Numbered from the stretch's first letter, positions 10,849-19,917 are shown. The stretch: 24,000 nucleotides of DNA from Candidatus Jordarchaeia archaeon (GCA_029856435.1 JAHQXB010000055.1:1-24000), one strand, 5' to 3'. Notes: generated by a model from the sequence alone, not told the origin. Program-made: numbers and translations.

Positions 10849-11127
10849 ACTGCTTACCTCACTCGCAATTTTTCTTGGCTTATGAGTAATAATTAAATAA
10901 ACTTAGTTAAAAATGTTTCCAATTCTACCAATAAATTTTAAAAAAATTTCAAAAAATAGCTTGCTTATTTGCGAATAATTTCTTCCATATTAAAAATAGG
11001 TGTTGAGAATAATAAATGGAATAAGTTAATATACTATCTTGGGTTCTTAGAGGAAAGTGAGGAATAAAAAAAATATTTAAGGCCAAATTAATCAACTACA
11101 CATCATCAACAAAAAAAGGGGAGAAAA

Positions 11128-12219
11128 ATGGCTAAAATAACAGTCTCCTTAATAAAAGCAGACATAGGTTCTATAGCTGGTCATACAACCGTGCATCCAG
11201 ACTGCATAGAAGCTGCCAAAAGCTCGTTAGAAAAAGGACAGAAGGACGGAATAATAATCGATTTTCATGTAACTCACGCAGGCGACGACCTAGAACTAAT
11301 TATGACACACAGAAGGGGTGAAAATAACGAAAAAGTGCACAAGTTGGCATGGGACACCTTTACTAAGGCAACCGAAATTTCGAAAAAATTAAAGCTATAC
11401 GGAGCAGGACAAGATTTACTCAAAGACACATTCAGTGGAAATGTCAAAGGAATGGGCCCTGGAGTAGCAGAACTAGAATTCGATGAACGAGGAAGCGATC
11501 CACTAATAGCTTTTATGGCCGATAAAACTGAGCCGGGAGCATTCAACTTACCCCTCTTCAAAATTTTCGTAGACCCATTCAACACAGCAGGATTAATAAT
11601 TGATCCCTCACTACACCAAGGATTTATCCTCGATGTCTACGATGTTGTGGAAAATAAAAGCGTTCGCTTAAACTGTCCTGAGGAAATGTATGACGCTCTA
11701 GCGTTAATTGGGACAACGGGGAGATATATAATTAGAAAAGTATGGCGAAAAGACGGATTACCATGCGCAGCAGTTTCTACGACTAGGCTCAGCTTAATAG
11801 CAGGTAAATACGTAGGAAAAGACGACCCCTGCGCCTTGGTACGCTCTCAACATGGACTACCCGCCACCGGAGAAGTCTTAGAACCCTTCGCTTTCCCCCA
11901 CCTAGTAGCAGGTTGGATGAGGGGCAGTCACACAGGGCCTCTTATGCCGGTCGGCGTAAAGAATGCTGTTTGCACAAGGTTCGACGGCCCCCCAAGAATT
12001 GTCGCATTAGGTTTCAATGTTACTGACGGTCATCTAGTTGGACCCGTAGACTTGTTTGACGACCCAGCATTTGACTTAGCAAGACAAAAAGCTAATGAGA
12101 TAGCAGAATACATGCGCAGACATGGTCCCTTCATGCCTCACAGGCTAGGACCCGAGGAGATGGAATACACTTGCGATATTCTCTTTTCAATTATTTATAT
12201 AAATACTCTTTGTAATTGA
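11128..12219 (+). CDS. fbp: Bifunctional fructose-1,6-bisphosphate aldolase/phosphatase (archaeal FBPA/ase)
   Basis: 363 aa; 'TVSLIKADIGSIAGHTTVHPD', 'DFHVTHAGDDLELIMTH', 'KDTFSGNVKGMGPGVAEL', 'LRGSHTGPLMPV'-like 'MRGSHTGPLMPVGVKNAVCTRFDGPPRIVALGF'. RBS GGGGAG upstream. Confidence 0.93.
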   Translation: MAKITVSLIKADIGSIAGHTTVHPDCIEAAKSSLEKGQKDGIIIDFHVTHAGDDLELIMTHRRGENNEKVHKLAWDTFTKATEISKKLKLYGAGQDLLKDTFSGNVKGMGPGVAELEFDERGSDPLIAFMADKTEPGAFNLPLFKIFVDPFNTAGLIIDPSLHQGFILDVYDVVENKSVRLNCPEEMYDALALIGTTGRYIIRKVWRKDGLPCAAVSTTRLSLIAGKYVGKDDPCALVRSQHGLPATGEVLEPFAFPHLVAGWMRGSHTGPLMPVGVKNAVCTRFDGPPRIVALGFNVTDGHLVGPVDLFDDPAFDLARQKANEIAEYMRRHGPFMPHRLGPEEMEYTCDILFSIIYINTLCN

Positions 12220-12759
12220 GGTAGCCCTCTCGCAGTAGAATACCCTCCCTGGCGTCCTGAAAAAATTAGCGGATAGATTCGTTAAAGAAGATTAGTCTAA
12301 AACCCTTTTTTTATTTTTTTTAACTATAATTTGAAGTTTTTATTCTTCTTTAAGTGTTAATTATGAGTCGGCTTGCGCTCATTTTTTATCTAGAATTACA
12401 AAGCAAGTATCATTCTCGCTTATATCTTCTTCCTTTTGGCAAGCTACACATTTTGTAAAAGTTTCTTGTATTTACGGATTCACGGTTTCAAGTTTTGATT
12501 TTGGAAAAATATGACTTAGGTTTGTTAAAGTTCTCCAATTTTTTTTAAGCCCTTAACTCTTTTCCTAGATTATGCGGTTTCCTGTGAATTCTTCGCACTA
12601 TCTAAATATTAAGCTTCGCTTTCCCCTTTGTGGTTACAAATGTAGTGCCCAACTACTAGTGCTATTGAGGTACAAAACGAATATTTGGGAGTTACTCAGT
12701 GGCTTGAGAACTATTCTATCCCCTAGCTGCAAGTACATTTTATTTGTTAATTTAATTAC

Positions 12760-12909
12760 TTATGCGGTTATTTCGTCAGTTCTTATGTTTGCTATGGTGT
12801 GGGCTAGTGTGTATCTGTATTTTCTTACGTCTTCTCCACATTTTTCTGTTAGGTTATCGTAGAGGTCTTTTAACTGGTTGAGGATGATTTTTATGGTTGT
12901 TTTGTCCAT
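12760..12909 (-). CDS. Small hypothetical protein (49 aa), below the ORF track cutoff
   Basis: Reverse-strand translation by hand: MDKTTIKIILNQLKDLYDNLTEKCGEDVRKYRYTLAHTIANIRTDEITA*. ATG start; charged, helix-compatible composition; divergent from the downstream AAA+ gene. Confidence 0.4.
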   Translation of the reverse strand: MDKTTIKIILNQLKDLYDNLTEKCGEDVRKYRYTLAHTIANIRTDEITA

Positions 12910-12933
12910 TTTCTGTCGCCTTTCTCTCTTGTT

Positions 12934-13051
12934 TGTATGTAGGCTATGTAACGTTTAAATATACAATTTTACATACATTTACATAATTTACATACTTGAC
13001 ATATATCTACACTAGTTACATTAATAAGGCTTTCGTATAATATATTTAAAT
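12934..13051. promoter_or_regulatory. Divergent promoter/operator with repeated TTTACATA elements
   Basis: TTTACATA at 12968-12975, 12978-12985 and 12987-12994; TTACAT at 13016-13021; inverted TATGTAA at 12945-12951 and TATGTA at 12936-12941; TATA-like 'gtataatatatttaaat' at about 13035-13051 ahead of the TTG start at 13070. Confidence 0.5.
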
Positions 13052-13069
13052 AAAAACAGGGGAAGGATC

Positions 13070-14341
13070 TTGAGCTATGATATACTTATAAAAAAGGATA
13101 AATACAAACAGTTTAATTTGAGGGGAAATCCCTTTGTAAAGACTTCTGCGGAAGCTATGACTGAAGAGGAAATACTTAAAACACTAGTATTTACGGCAGA
13201 AGACGAATCAATAGCTACAAACATAGATATTGTCCTCAGCGGAGGCGGAGCAACTCTAAGTTTAGTTGGTGACTACGGAACAGGAAAAAGCGTTAGGGCT
13301 ATCGCTATATCTGACACATTTAAGAGACATAACGGAGTAGTTTTCTTTTGTAAGGTTCCCAGCGGAGACCCCGCCAGATATGCAAAGGCCCTTTTTGAGG
13401 CAGTTTGTCCCGAGGCTCTATCTCTAGAGCTTCCCCCCGAAGATAAAGATTTTATTTTTGAAACATATGAATATTATAAAAATTTGGTTATGAAAAATTT
13501 TGAGTTGGACTCCCACAAAGCCGGCAAAGATTTGGCAAACATTTTTTCAGTATTAAGCAAGAACAACTATATCACTTGTTTCATTATAGACGAGTTTGAA
13601 GAGTTGGCTTCTGGAGGGAACGAGAAGGAAATAAGAGAAGCATTCACACTTACCAGAGAGTATCTTTCAAGAGTTCATGGCCTAAATAAGCATATGACAG
13701 TTATTTGCAGTAGTCCCAAATCGTGGCATATGGTTAAAGAGGTTCATCCAGCGGTAATCTCTAGGATTATGGGAGAAATAGAGTTCGAAGAATTAGATAA
13801 TGATGCGGCAGTAGAGCTGGTTAGCAAAAGGCTAAAACTGTACAGAGAGGGAGACGCTCCTGATCCTCTTTTCCCCTTTACAAGGGAAATTATTGAGAGG
13901 GCCAATGAAGTAAGCTTTCATAATCCTCGCTACCTACTAGTTATTTTGAGAAGTACACTTGAGGCAGCTCTAAAAAGAGAGGGTAGCCAGAAGGTTGACC
14001 TCAATGATCTTGATACTGGTATTCGCCTAGCTAGGGGAAAGCTTAGTACAAGTATTCTCAAAAGAATGAAGGAGGAGCTTACTTCAAGAGAGCTCGAAAT
14101 TTTCTTGAAAATCTGTGAAAAGTTCAATGGGGGTCCCGTTTTTGCCAGTCAGTTGGCTGAGTCTCTCGATATTGACCAGGGAAACGTTTCAAGGTACCTT
14201 AACAAATTAGCGAAGATGGGATACCTAAAACAGACTCGGGATGGGCAAAAAGTTTTATTCGAAGCCAAAGAGCTTTACATAGTAGTTTTTGCCAAGAGAA
14301 AGGCAATTAAATCTGAGACCCAAGAAAAGAACGAAGATTAA
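13070..14341 (+). CDS. AAA+ ATPase, ORC/Cdc6-like, with C-terminal winged helix-turn-helix
   Basis: 423 aa; Walker A 'LSLVGDYGTGKSVRAIA', Walker B 'ITCFIIDEFEEL', 'MTVICSSPKSWHMV', C-terminal 'LTSRELEIFLKICEKFNGGPVFASQLAESLDIDQGNVSRYLNKLAKMGYLKQTRDGQKVLFEAK' wHTH. RBS-like GGGGAAGG upstream. Confidence 0.72.
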   Translation: MSYDILIKKDKYKQFNLRGNPFVKTSAEAMTEEEILKTLVFTAEDESIATNIDIVLSGGGATLSLVGDYGTGKSVRAIAISDTFKRHNGVVFFCKVPSGDPARYAKALFEAVCPEALSLELPPEDKDFIFETYEYYKNLVMKNFELDSHKAGKDLANIFSVLSKNNYITCFIIDEFEELASGGNEKEIREAFTLTREYLSRVHGLNKHMTVICSSPKSWHMVKEVHPAVISRIMGEIEFEELDNDAAVELVSKRLKLYREGDAPDPLFPFTREIIERANEVSFHNPRYLLVILRSTLEAALKREGSQKVDLNDLDTGIRLARGKLSTSILKRMKEELTSRELEIFLKICEKFNGGPVFASQLAESLDIDQGNVSRYLNKLAKMGYLKQTRDGQKVLFEAKELYIVVFAKRKAIKSETQEKNED

Positions 14342-14367
14342 AGCAGATTTTCCTCTTTTTTGTAGCT

Positions 14368-16167
14368 TCATTCTTTAGTTAATGGTACATAATAATATTC
14401 GCCTTGCTCCTTCTGCAATCTATCTAATCTTGAATTCTCCTTGTTAATTCTAGGTCTACCGTTTTCTGGGTCTCTACGAAAAGTTATGTTTAAACCTTTA
14501 AGGAAATTGTTCATACCGGTTCTGAGATCTGTGGGTCTTGAAGCTTCTCCTCTCACTCCGGGTATACCGCTGAAGACCATTAAGCTGTCCGAAAGACTGT
14601 CCACACCAATTATATCGTGTTCTACTATAAAGGCGGCGCTAAGCCATTTTTCTATCACGCGCCTAACCGTCCTTGCCATTATCAGCCTTTGTTCCGACGA
14701 CAGAAAGGCGCTGGGCTCATCTAAAAGATATACGTCTGCTTCTCGAGCTAAACAAGCCGCTATAGCTACACTCTGAAGTTCACCGCCACTCAAATCTTTA
14801 ACTGACCTATCCAGCAAACCTTCCAGTTCCAGAGGTTTCAGTACATCAGATCTGAATTCACTACTAGTTGCTCTATTCCCACCGGCTTCTTTAAGCAGCG
14901 TTTGTACTTCTCCATCATAGTCCGCTCTTAAATACTGAGGTTTGTAACTAATTTTTATTTTCCTCTCAACAGGCTGCCCCTCATCTGGCTGAATCTCCCC
15001 AGCAAGCAATTTGATAAAAGTTGTTTTTCCAATACCGTTTGGACCAATTATTCCTATGACCTCCCCTCTGTGGATTTCACCCCCCTTTACCTCTAATGAA
15101 AATCCGTTATAGCTTTTCTTCATATATCCGAATTTAAGGAGAATTTCTTGACTTTCCCAACCTCCAGAAGGCGTGGGACTCGTATGAAACCTGATAGGCT
15201 CCGCACGAAAACGTAGGTTTTCGTCCGGAAGAAAACCATCTAGATAAATATTTATCCCCTCTCTAACACCATGGGGATGTGAAACTACACCATAAACTCC
15301 AGGTGTTCCATAGAACATACAAACAGCATCGCTGAGGTAGTCTACCAGAGCTAAGTCGTGTTCTATGCATATCACTGTTTTTTTCTCGTCGGCAAGTTTT
15401 CTTATCGCTCGGGCTATATTTAAACGTTGATAGATGTCCTCGTAACTTGAGGGCTCGTCGAAAAGGTAGACGTTAGCATCTCTTGCTATGGTAGCCGCTA
15501 TTGCTACTCTCTGAAGTTCTCCCCCACTTAAAACTCTAAGTTCTCGATCCCACAAACTCTTCAACTCCAGTTCTTCCGCCAGTTTTTTCATAATTCCCCT
15601 CTCATCGACTCTCTCAAGTAGCTCCCCCACCACCCCCTTCACAACCTCTGGCAACCGAGTGATATTTTGGGGTTTATGAACTACGCGTAATTCTCCATTA
15701 GATATTTTTTCGAAATAAGGCTGTAACTCACTCCCACGGTAATGCCTAATAATACTATCCCAGTCCGGAGGATTCCCATACTCACCCAAATTAGGCCTAA
15801 TCTCCCCAGCCAGTATCCTCAAAGCAGTAGTCTTACCCACACCATTAGGCCCAATCAACCCAGTAACCCTCTCAAACTGAGGTATCGGCAAACGGTAAAG
15901 CTTAAACGTGTTTGGGCCGTATCTATGCGTCAAGTCCCTCTCCAACTCTTCCGGAAGATTAATAATCCTAATAGCTTTAAAAGGGCATTTTTTGACACAT
16001 ATTCCAGTTCCTTGGCATAGTTGTTCGGATATTATTGCTTGGCCTGTTTGTGGGTCGAATGTGATGGCTTCGTTTCCTATTCTTACTGGTGGGCAGTATC
16101 TGTAGCATTCTTTGTGGCAGTCTTTTGGTTTGCATCTGTTTCTGTCGACTATTCCTACTCTTACCAT
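14368..16167 (-). CDS. ABCE1/Rli1 ribosome recycling ATPase (Fe-S, twin ABC domains)
   Basis: 599 aa; N-terminal Fe-S region 'CKPKDCHKECYRYCPP' and 'CQGTGICVKKCPF'; 'GPNGVGKTTALRILAGEIRPNLG', 'LSGGELQRVAIAATIARDANVYLFDEPSSY'; 'GPNGIGKTTFIKLLAGEI', 'LSGGELQSVAIAACLAREADVYLLDEPSAFL'. Confidence 0.96.
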   Translation of the reverse strand: MVRVGIVDRNRCKPKDCHKECYRYCPPVRIGNEAITFDPQTGQAIISEQLCQGTGICVKKCPFKAIRIINLPEELERDLTHRYGPNTFKLYRLPIPQFERVTGLIGPNGVGKTTALRILAGEIRPNLGEYGNPPDWDSIIRHYRGSELQPYFEKISNGELRVVHKPQNITRLPEVVKGVVGELLERVDERGIMKKLAEELELKSLWDRELRVLSGGELQRVAIAATIARDANVYLFDEPSSYEDIYQRLNIARAIRKLADEKKTVICIEHDLALVDYLSDAVCMFYGTPGVYGVVSHPHGVREGINIYLDGFLPDENLRFRAEPIRFHTSPTPSGGWESQEILLKFGYMKKSYNGFSLEVKGGEIHRGEVIGIIGPNGIGKTTFIKLLAGEIQPDEGQPVERKIKISYKPQYLRADYDGEVQTLLKEAGGNRATSSEFRSDVLKPLELEGLLDRSVKDLSGGELQSVAIAACLAREADVYLLDEPSAFLSSEQRLIMARTVRRVIEKWLSAAFIVEHDIIGVDSLSDSLMVFSGIPGVRGEASRPTDLRTGMNNFLKGLNITFRRDPENGRPRINKENSRLDRLQKEQGEYYYVPLTKE

Positions 16168-16575
16168 GTCTTGGCCCTCAAGACCTTTTTTAGTCTTGCT
16201 GAAAAATTTTTGAATTTTAATTTGTGGTATTTTCTGGTTTATTTATAATTTTCATTTTTAGGTTGGAAGTGATGTCTAATAATCTTTTTTCAATTGGGCG
16301 AGGGTGTTGTTAACTTTTTCTCTTTTGATTTGTCTGTCAAACTGTTGGTTTTTTAAAATTGAAGATTAATCTTGCTGTGCTACTTGTTTGGGAAATTAAA
16401 ATTGTGAAGTATATTTGTAGAATTTTTTAGGGTGGTGGATATGGGGAGGATTTTAGCTTGGTGTGTTTTGAATTTTTGTCTACTTTTATATTTTTTATTT
16501 ATATAATTTTTATTTTTTTGTTATTTAATTCGCTTAGTTTTTATATTAAACTCAAATCAAAATTATGGTGATATA

Positions 16576-16752
16576 ATGACTAAAATGCAATCCCTTATAG
16601 CAGTCTTACTAACTGCAGTATTATTAACAGCAATCGTAGGAACAACCATAAGCGCAGGAGTTGTCAGCTGGACGCTAATGCCCTACGGCTCCTGGTTTGG
16701 CTGGCCAATCATTTTCGGCTGGATATTCCCAATGTTGCCCTTCCCCTTCTAA
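16576..16752 (+). CDS. Small hydrophobic/secreted peptide (58 aa), below the ORF track cutoff
   Basis: Hand translation: MTKMQSLIAVLLTAVLLTAIVGTTISAGVVSWTLMPYGSWFGWPIIFGWIFPMLPFPF*. RBS-like GGTGAT at 16568-16573; N-terminal TM/signal-like segment plus an aromatic/proline-rich tail. Confidence 0.55.
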   Translation: MTKMQSLIAVLLTAVLLTAIVGTTISAGVVSWTLMPYGSWFGWPIIFGWIFPMLPFPF

Positions 16753-16983
16753 AATTCACACGCCCGCTGATAACTCCTATTCTTTTTTTGTTAACCTAAG
16801 GCAAAAATTGCGGATCACCCTCTCAATAAACATAACTAGCGTTCATCAAAACTTTTTAACTAAATCCCCTATTCTTGGCACGGATAGAATAATTAAAATT
16901 TTTGAACATATGCCCTTTAATGGTTAATCTTAAAACTGGTTTATATTGAAGTTTATTTGGATGTGGACTGTGTATTTTAGAAG

Positions 16984-17760
16984 GTGTTTGATTTGAGGGA
17001 AGTCTGGCGTTTTTTGGATTTGGGAATAATTGATCCTCCTACCAGTGGTGCAGTAGGAGAAGCGATTCTTATAGCGCGCTCAAAAAATCTTGTCCCTGAC
17101 ACGCTTTTTCTATATCAGAGGGATCCCCCGGCATGTTCAATTGGTTACTTTCAAGCAGTAGAAAACGTTGTGAATGTTGAGGAGTGTAAAAGATTGGGTG
17201 TAGCTATTTCCAGAAGAATAACCGGTGGAGGTGCAATTTACTCGGATAAAGATAATCTCACCTACAATATTGTTGTGCATGAGAATAATAAGAAAGTACC
17301 ACAAGATATTCTAAAGTCCTATGAGGTGCTTTGTCGGGGTGTGGTGGAAAGCCTGAAAATGTTGGGATTAAATGCGTTATTCAAGCCTGTTAACGATATT
17401 CTAGTTGATGGGAGAAAGATTAGTGGAAGCTCACAAACTAGGAGGAAAAAAGTGGTATTACATCATGGAACACTTCTCATAAAAACAGACGTCAAAACCA
17501 TGTCGAAAGTATTAAAAGTGTCTAAAGAAAAGATGAGCGATAAGGTCGCCAAATCCATTGAAGAAAGAGTAATCAATCTTGAAACAGCATTGAAAGAGAA
17601 GCCCGACATAGAAGTCATTAAAAATATTTTAAAGAGGGGATTTGAAAAAGCTCTGGATATAGATTTAGTATCCGGAGAACTCTCAGAATACGAAAAAAAG
17701 TTGACTCATAAACTCGCCACCGAAAAGTACTCAACAAGAGAATGGAACTTTCGACGTTAA
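16984..17760 (+). CDS. Lipoate-protein ligase A / octanoyltransferase family (LplA catalytic domain, no LplB domain)
   Basis: 258 aa; 'FLYQRDPPACSIGYFQAVENVVNVEECKRLGVAISRRITGGGAIYSDKDNLTYNIVV', 'LFKPVNDILVDGRKISGSSQTRRKKVVLHHGTLLI', C-terminal 'KYSTREWNFRR' are LplA/LipM-family hallmarks. Confidence 0.85.
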   Translation: MFDLREVWRFLDLGIIDPPTSGAVGEAILIARSKNLVPDTLFLYQRDPPACSIGYFQAVENVVNVEECKRLGVAISRRITGGGAIYSDKDNLTYNIVVHENNKKVPQDILKSYEVLCRGVVESLKMLGLNALFKPVNDILVDGRKISGSSQTRRKKVVLHHGTLLIKTDVKTMSKVLKVSKEKMSDKVAKSIEERVINLETALKEKPDIEVIKNILKRGFEKALDIDLVSGELSEYEKKLTHKLATEKYSTREWNFRR

Positions 17761-18803
17761 AACCGGCATCTCTTTGAAAGCTTGTTTCTTATTTTAAATT
17801 CAAATTCACTTGGCAACGCACAACAAGAAGGATATCCTTCAATTTTTAGGCCCATATTTTCGGCTTCTCTTAAGGTGCTGGGTGTAGGGACAGCCATTCT
17901 ATCAACTACATACAAAGACAAATAATCCAGCCTTCCCCTTCGGAGACCACCTGGGCGCATACATCCCAAGGATATTGATACGCCTCTAAACATTAACCGT
18001 GCAATAGCAATCACCTTTACCACTGTCTCCGCGCTGGGAGGAGAAACATTCTCCATAAGGGTACCTCTTGTGGGAATAATTGTAATAAAAATCAATAATT
18101 CTGTACCGACTCTTCTTATCATTTCCAGAGCCCTGATTTCTCCTCCTATTCTCCCAAAATTTAACCCCACACAAACATGTGGAACCACATGCTTGATCCC
18201 AGCACGCAAATGGGTGCAAAGAGCCTTCTCATAGTCCTCAACTGTTTTATTTAATCCGTAAACGTTAGTTATGGTCTCATTATCGCCAACTACATCAATT
18301 GAGGCTACGTCAATATTAGCCTTAGCTAACCCTACCGCCAAATCCCAACTCAACAACCCCGTATGAACATTCAAAACTAGATCAGTGTTTTCCTTTACGC
18401 GTCTAATTGCGTCTAAGTATTTTTCGAGTGGAACGTACCCTTGGATGGTGCTTCCCCCACTTATCAAACAACCCGCCGCCCCCTCATGGTGCAAATCGAG
18501 GCACACTTGGTAAAGTCTATCGGGAGTCGAAGCAGGTATCATATGTTGGAGATAGTGGCGATTGCAGTGCGCGCATCTCAATTCACAATTTCTTCCAGTT
18601 ACAGATATCGATGGAAACAATCGTGAAGGATAATAAACGTGTAGGATGCGTCCCTTTTCCCGATCAGTTATTATTCTCGCCACTTCCAATAATTTGTCGA
18701 AATTTTTGCCCTCAACCTCTAAGAGGCTTTGCGCTTCCTGAAAGGTGATTTTTCTATCCAATGCTTGGTCTAGAATCGCCGCAAGATTTTTTTGTGCTTT
18801 CAC
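17757..18803 (-). CDS. Radical SAM protein, candidate archaeal lipoyl synthase subunit (LipS1/LipS2-like)
   Basis: 348 aa; CxxxCxxC 'NCELRCAHCNRHYL'; 'AGCLISGGSTIQGYVPLEKYLDAIRRVKENTDLVLNVHTG'; additional Cys near the C-terminus (SCC, RC). Assignment rests on motifs plus gene context. Confidence 0.65.
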   Translation of the reverse strand: MKAQKNLAAILDQALDRKITFQEAQSLLEVEGKNFDKLLEVARIITDREKGRILHVYYPSRLFPSISVTGRNCELRCAHCNRHYLQHMIPASTPDRLYQVCLDLHHEGAAGCLISGGSTIQGYVPLEKYLDAIRRVKENTDLVLNVHTGLLSWDLAVGLAKANIDVASIDVVGDNETITNVYGLNKTVEDYEKALCTHLRAGIKHVVPHVCVGLNFGRIGGEIRALEMIRRVGTELLIFITIIPTRGTLMENVSPPSAETVVKVIAIARLMFRGVSISLGCMRPGGLRRGRLDYLSLYVVDRMAVPTPSTLREAENMGLKIEGYPSCCALPSEFEFKIRNKLSKRCRF

Positions 18804-18873
18804 TTCTGTTCACATAGAGAACTTCTTTGGTACTAAAAACATTTTTTCAATATAAATATATGAGGGTTTCCAG

Positions 18874-19917
18874 TTGCAGGAGGAAATACCAAAAATAACT
18901 GTAATGAAAGCGGAACTCCTAGAAAAAGGAACGATCTTTGTAAAGGAGGTTAAAGAGCTTCCCTTTCACATAGATCGCTCTACCGCAGGTCCAAGCACCG
19001 GCCAAAATTCTATCTTTCTAAGGTTAGGCCAAGAGAGATTAGTGCGTCTTACTCTCACACAGAAACAGTCAGAAACACCCTACACCTACGACGCTAAACG
19101 TAAAGTCATAAAGAAGGATGAGGAAGAATGGCTTCCTGCGAGACAGGTAGAAAGCCTCCTTCACTGTCCAGAACAAGCATTCCTCAATTTAGATTCAAAC
19201 TGCAAATACCACTGCAAATTCTGTGCAACCCCTTTAATACAATCTCACATCAACCATAGAACCCTCCAGCCCCAAGTTGTGACCAGAATCGTGAAACGGG
19301 TAGCAAATAAGAGTTTAACGGCGGTTGCACTCACTACAGGAGTTTTTTCCACACCAATCGATAGTGTGAAACACATGTGCCAGGTGGTAGAGGCCCTCCG
19401 CCGAGAATTTGGGGATAGACTACCCATAGGAGTCGAACCCTATGTCGAAGAAGAAAAACACATAGATATGCTATATGACGCTGGAGCAGACGAAATAAAA
19501 ATAAACGTTGAGAGCTTTGATCCCCAAATCTACTCTAAAGTTTGTAGCGAATTCAACTATCAAAACAACCTGAAAATGGTCAGATACGCTGCAAAAGTCT
19601 TCGGAGAAAACCGCGTCTGTTCAAACATCATAATAGGACTTGGAGAAAAAGAAGAAACAATAGACCAAGGGGCAGAAACATTAGCACACTGGGGAGTAAT
19701 CGCATCCCTAAGACCCCTAAACTTAAATCCCCTAATAATGCAACAATTGCAACAGACGCTAAACAATAAGGCACAACGACCCACTGCCCAAAGACTAATC
19801 AAACATGCAACAAAACACAAACAAATCCTAAACGAAAAAGGTCTAGACGTAAACAAATTCAAAACTATGTGCCTCAAATGTACCGGCTGCGACATAGTTC
19901 CCCAAAAAGACCTCTAA
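18874..19917 (+). CDS. Radical SAM protein, candidate archaeal lipoyl synthase subunit (LipS1/LipS2-like)
   Basis: 347 aa; CxxxCxxC 'NCKYHCKFCATPLIQ'; C-terminal 'MCLKCTGCDIVP' possible auxiliary cluster ligands; 'LPIGVEPYVEEEKHIDMLYDAGADEIKINVESFDP'; 'NIIIGLGEKEETIDQGAETLAHWGVIASLRPLNLNP'. Confidence 0.68.
   Translation: MQEEIPKITVMKAELLEKGTIFVKEVKELPFHIDRSTAGPSTGQNSIFLRLGQERLVRLTLTQKQSETPYTYDAKRKVIKKDEEEWLPARQVESLLHCPEQAFLNLDSNCKYHCKFCATPLIQSHINHRTLQPQVVTRIVKRVANKSLTAVALTTGVFSTPIDSVKHMCQVVEALRREFGDRLPIGVEPYVEEEKHIDMLYDAGADEIKINVESFDPQIYSKVCSEFNYQNNLKMVRYAAKVFGENRVCSNIIIGLGEKEETIDQGAETLAHWGVIASLRPLNLNPLIMQQLQQTLNNKAQRPTAQRLIKHATKHKQILNEKGLDVNKFKTMCLKCTGCDIVPQKDL

Noticed and set aside
12360-12450. 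Minus-strand segment encoding '...TFTKCVACQKEEDISENDTCFVILDKK*', a possible Zn-binding fragment
   Set aside because: It is limited by an upstream in-frame stop (VNP*IQETF) with no start codon. It may be a remnant, but it is too short to support as a gene.
12572-12862. 96-aa plus-strand ORF
   Set aside because: No RBS or recognisable motif, an odd composition, and overlap with a more plausible minus-strand 49-aa ORF in an AT-rich intergenic zone.
16021-16248. 75-aa plus-strand ORF and the nearby 65- and 92-aa ORFs
   Set aside because: They lie antisense to the well-supported ABCE1 gene.
18874-19917. Annotation of the radical SAM gene as classical biotin synthase (BioB)
   Set aside because: The C-terminal CxxCxxC and the paired arrangement with a second radical SAM and an LplA gene fit LipS-type enzymes better. 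BioB cannot be fully excluded without phylogeny.
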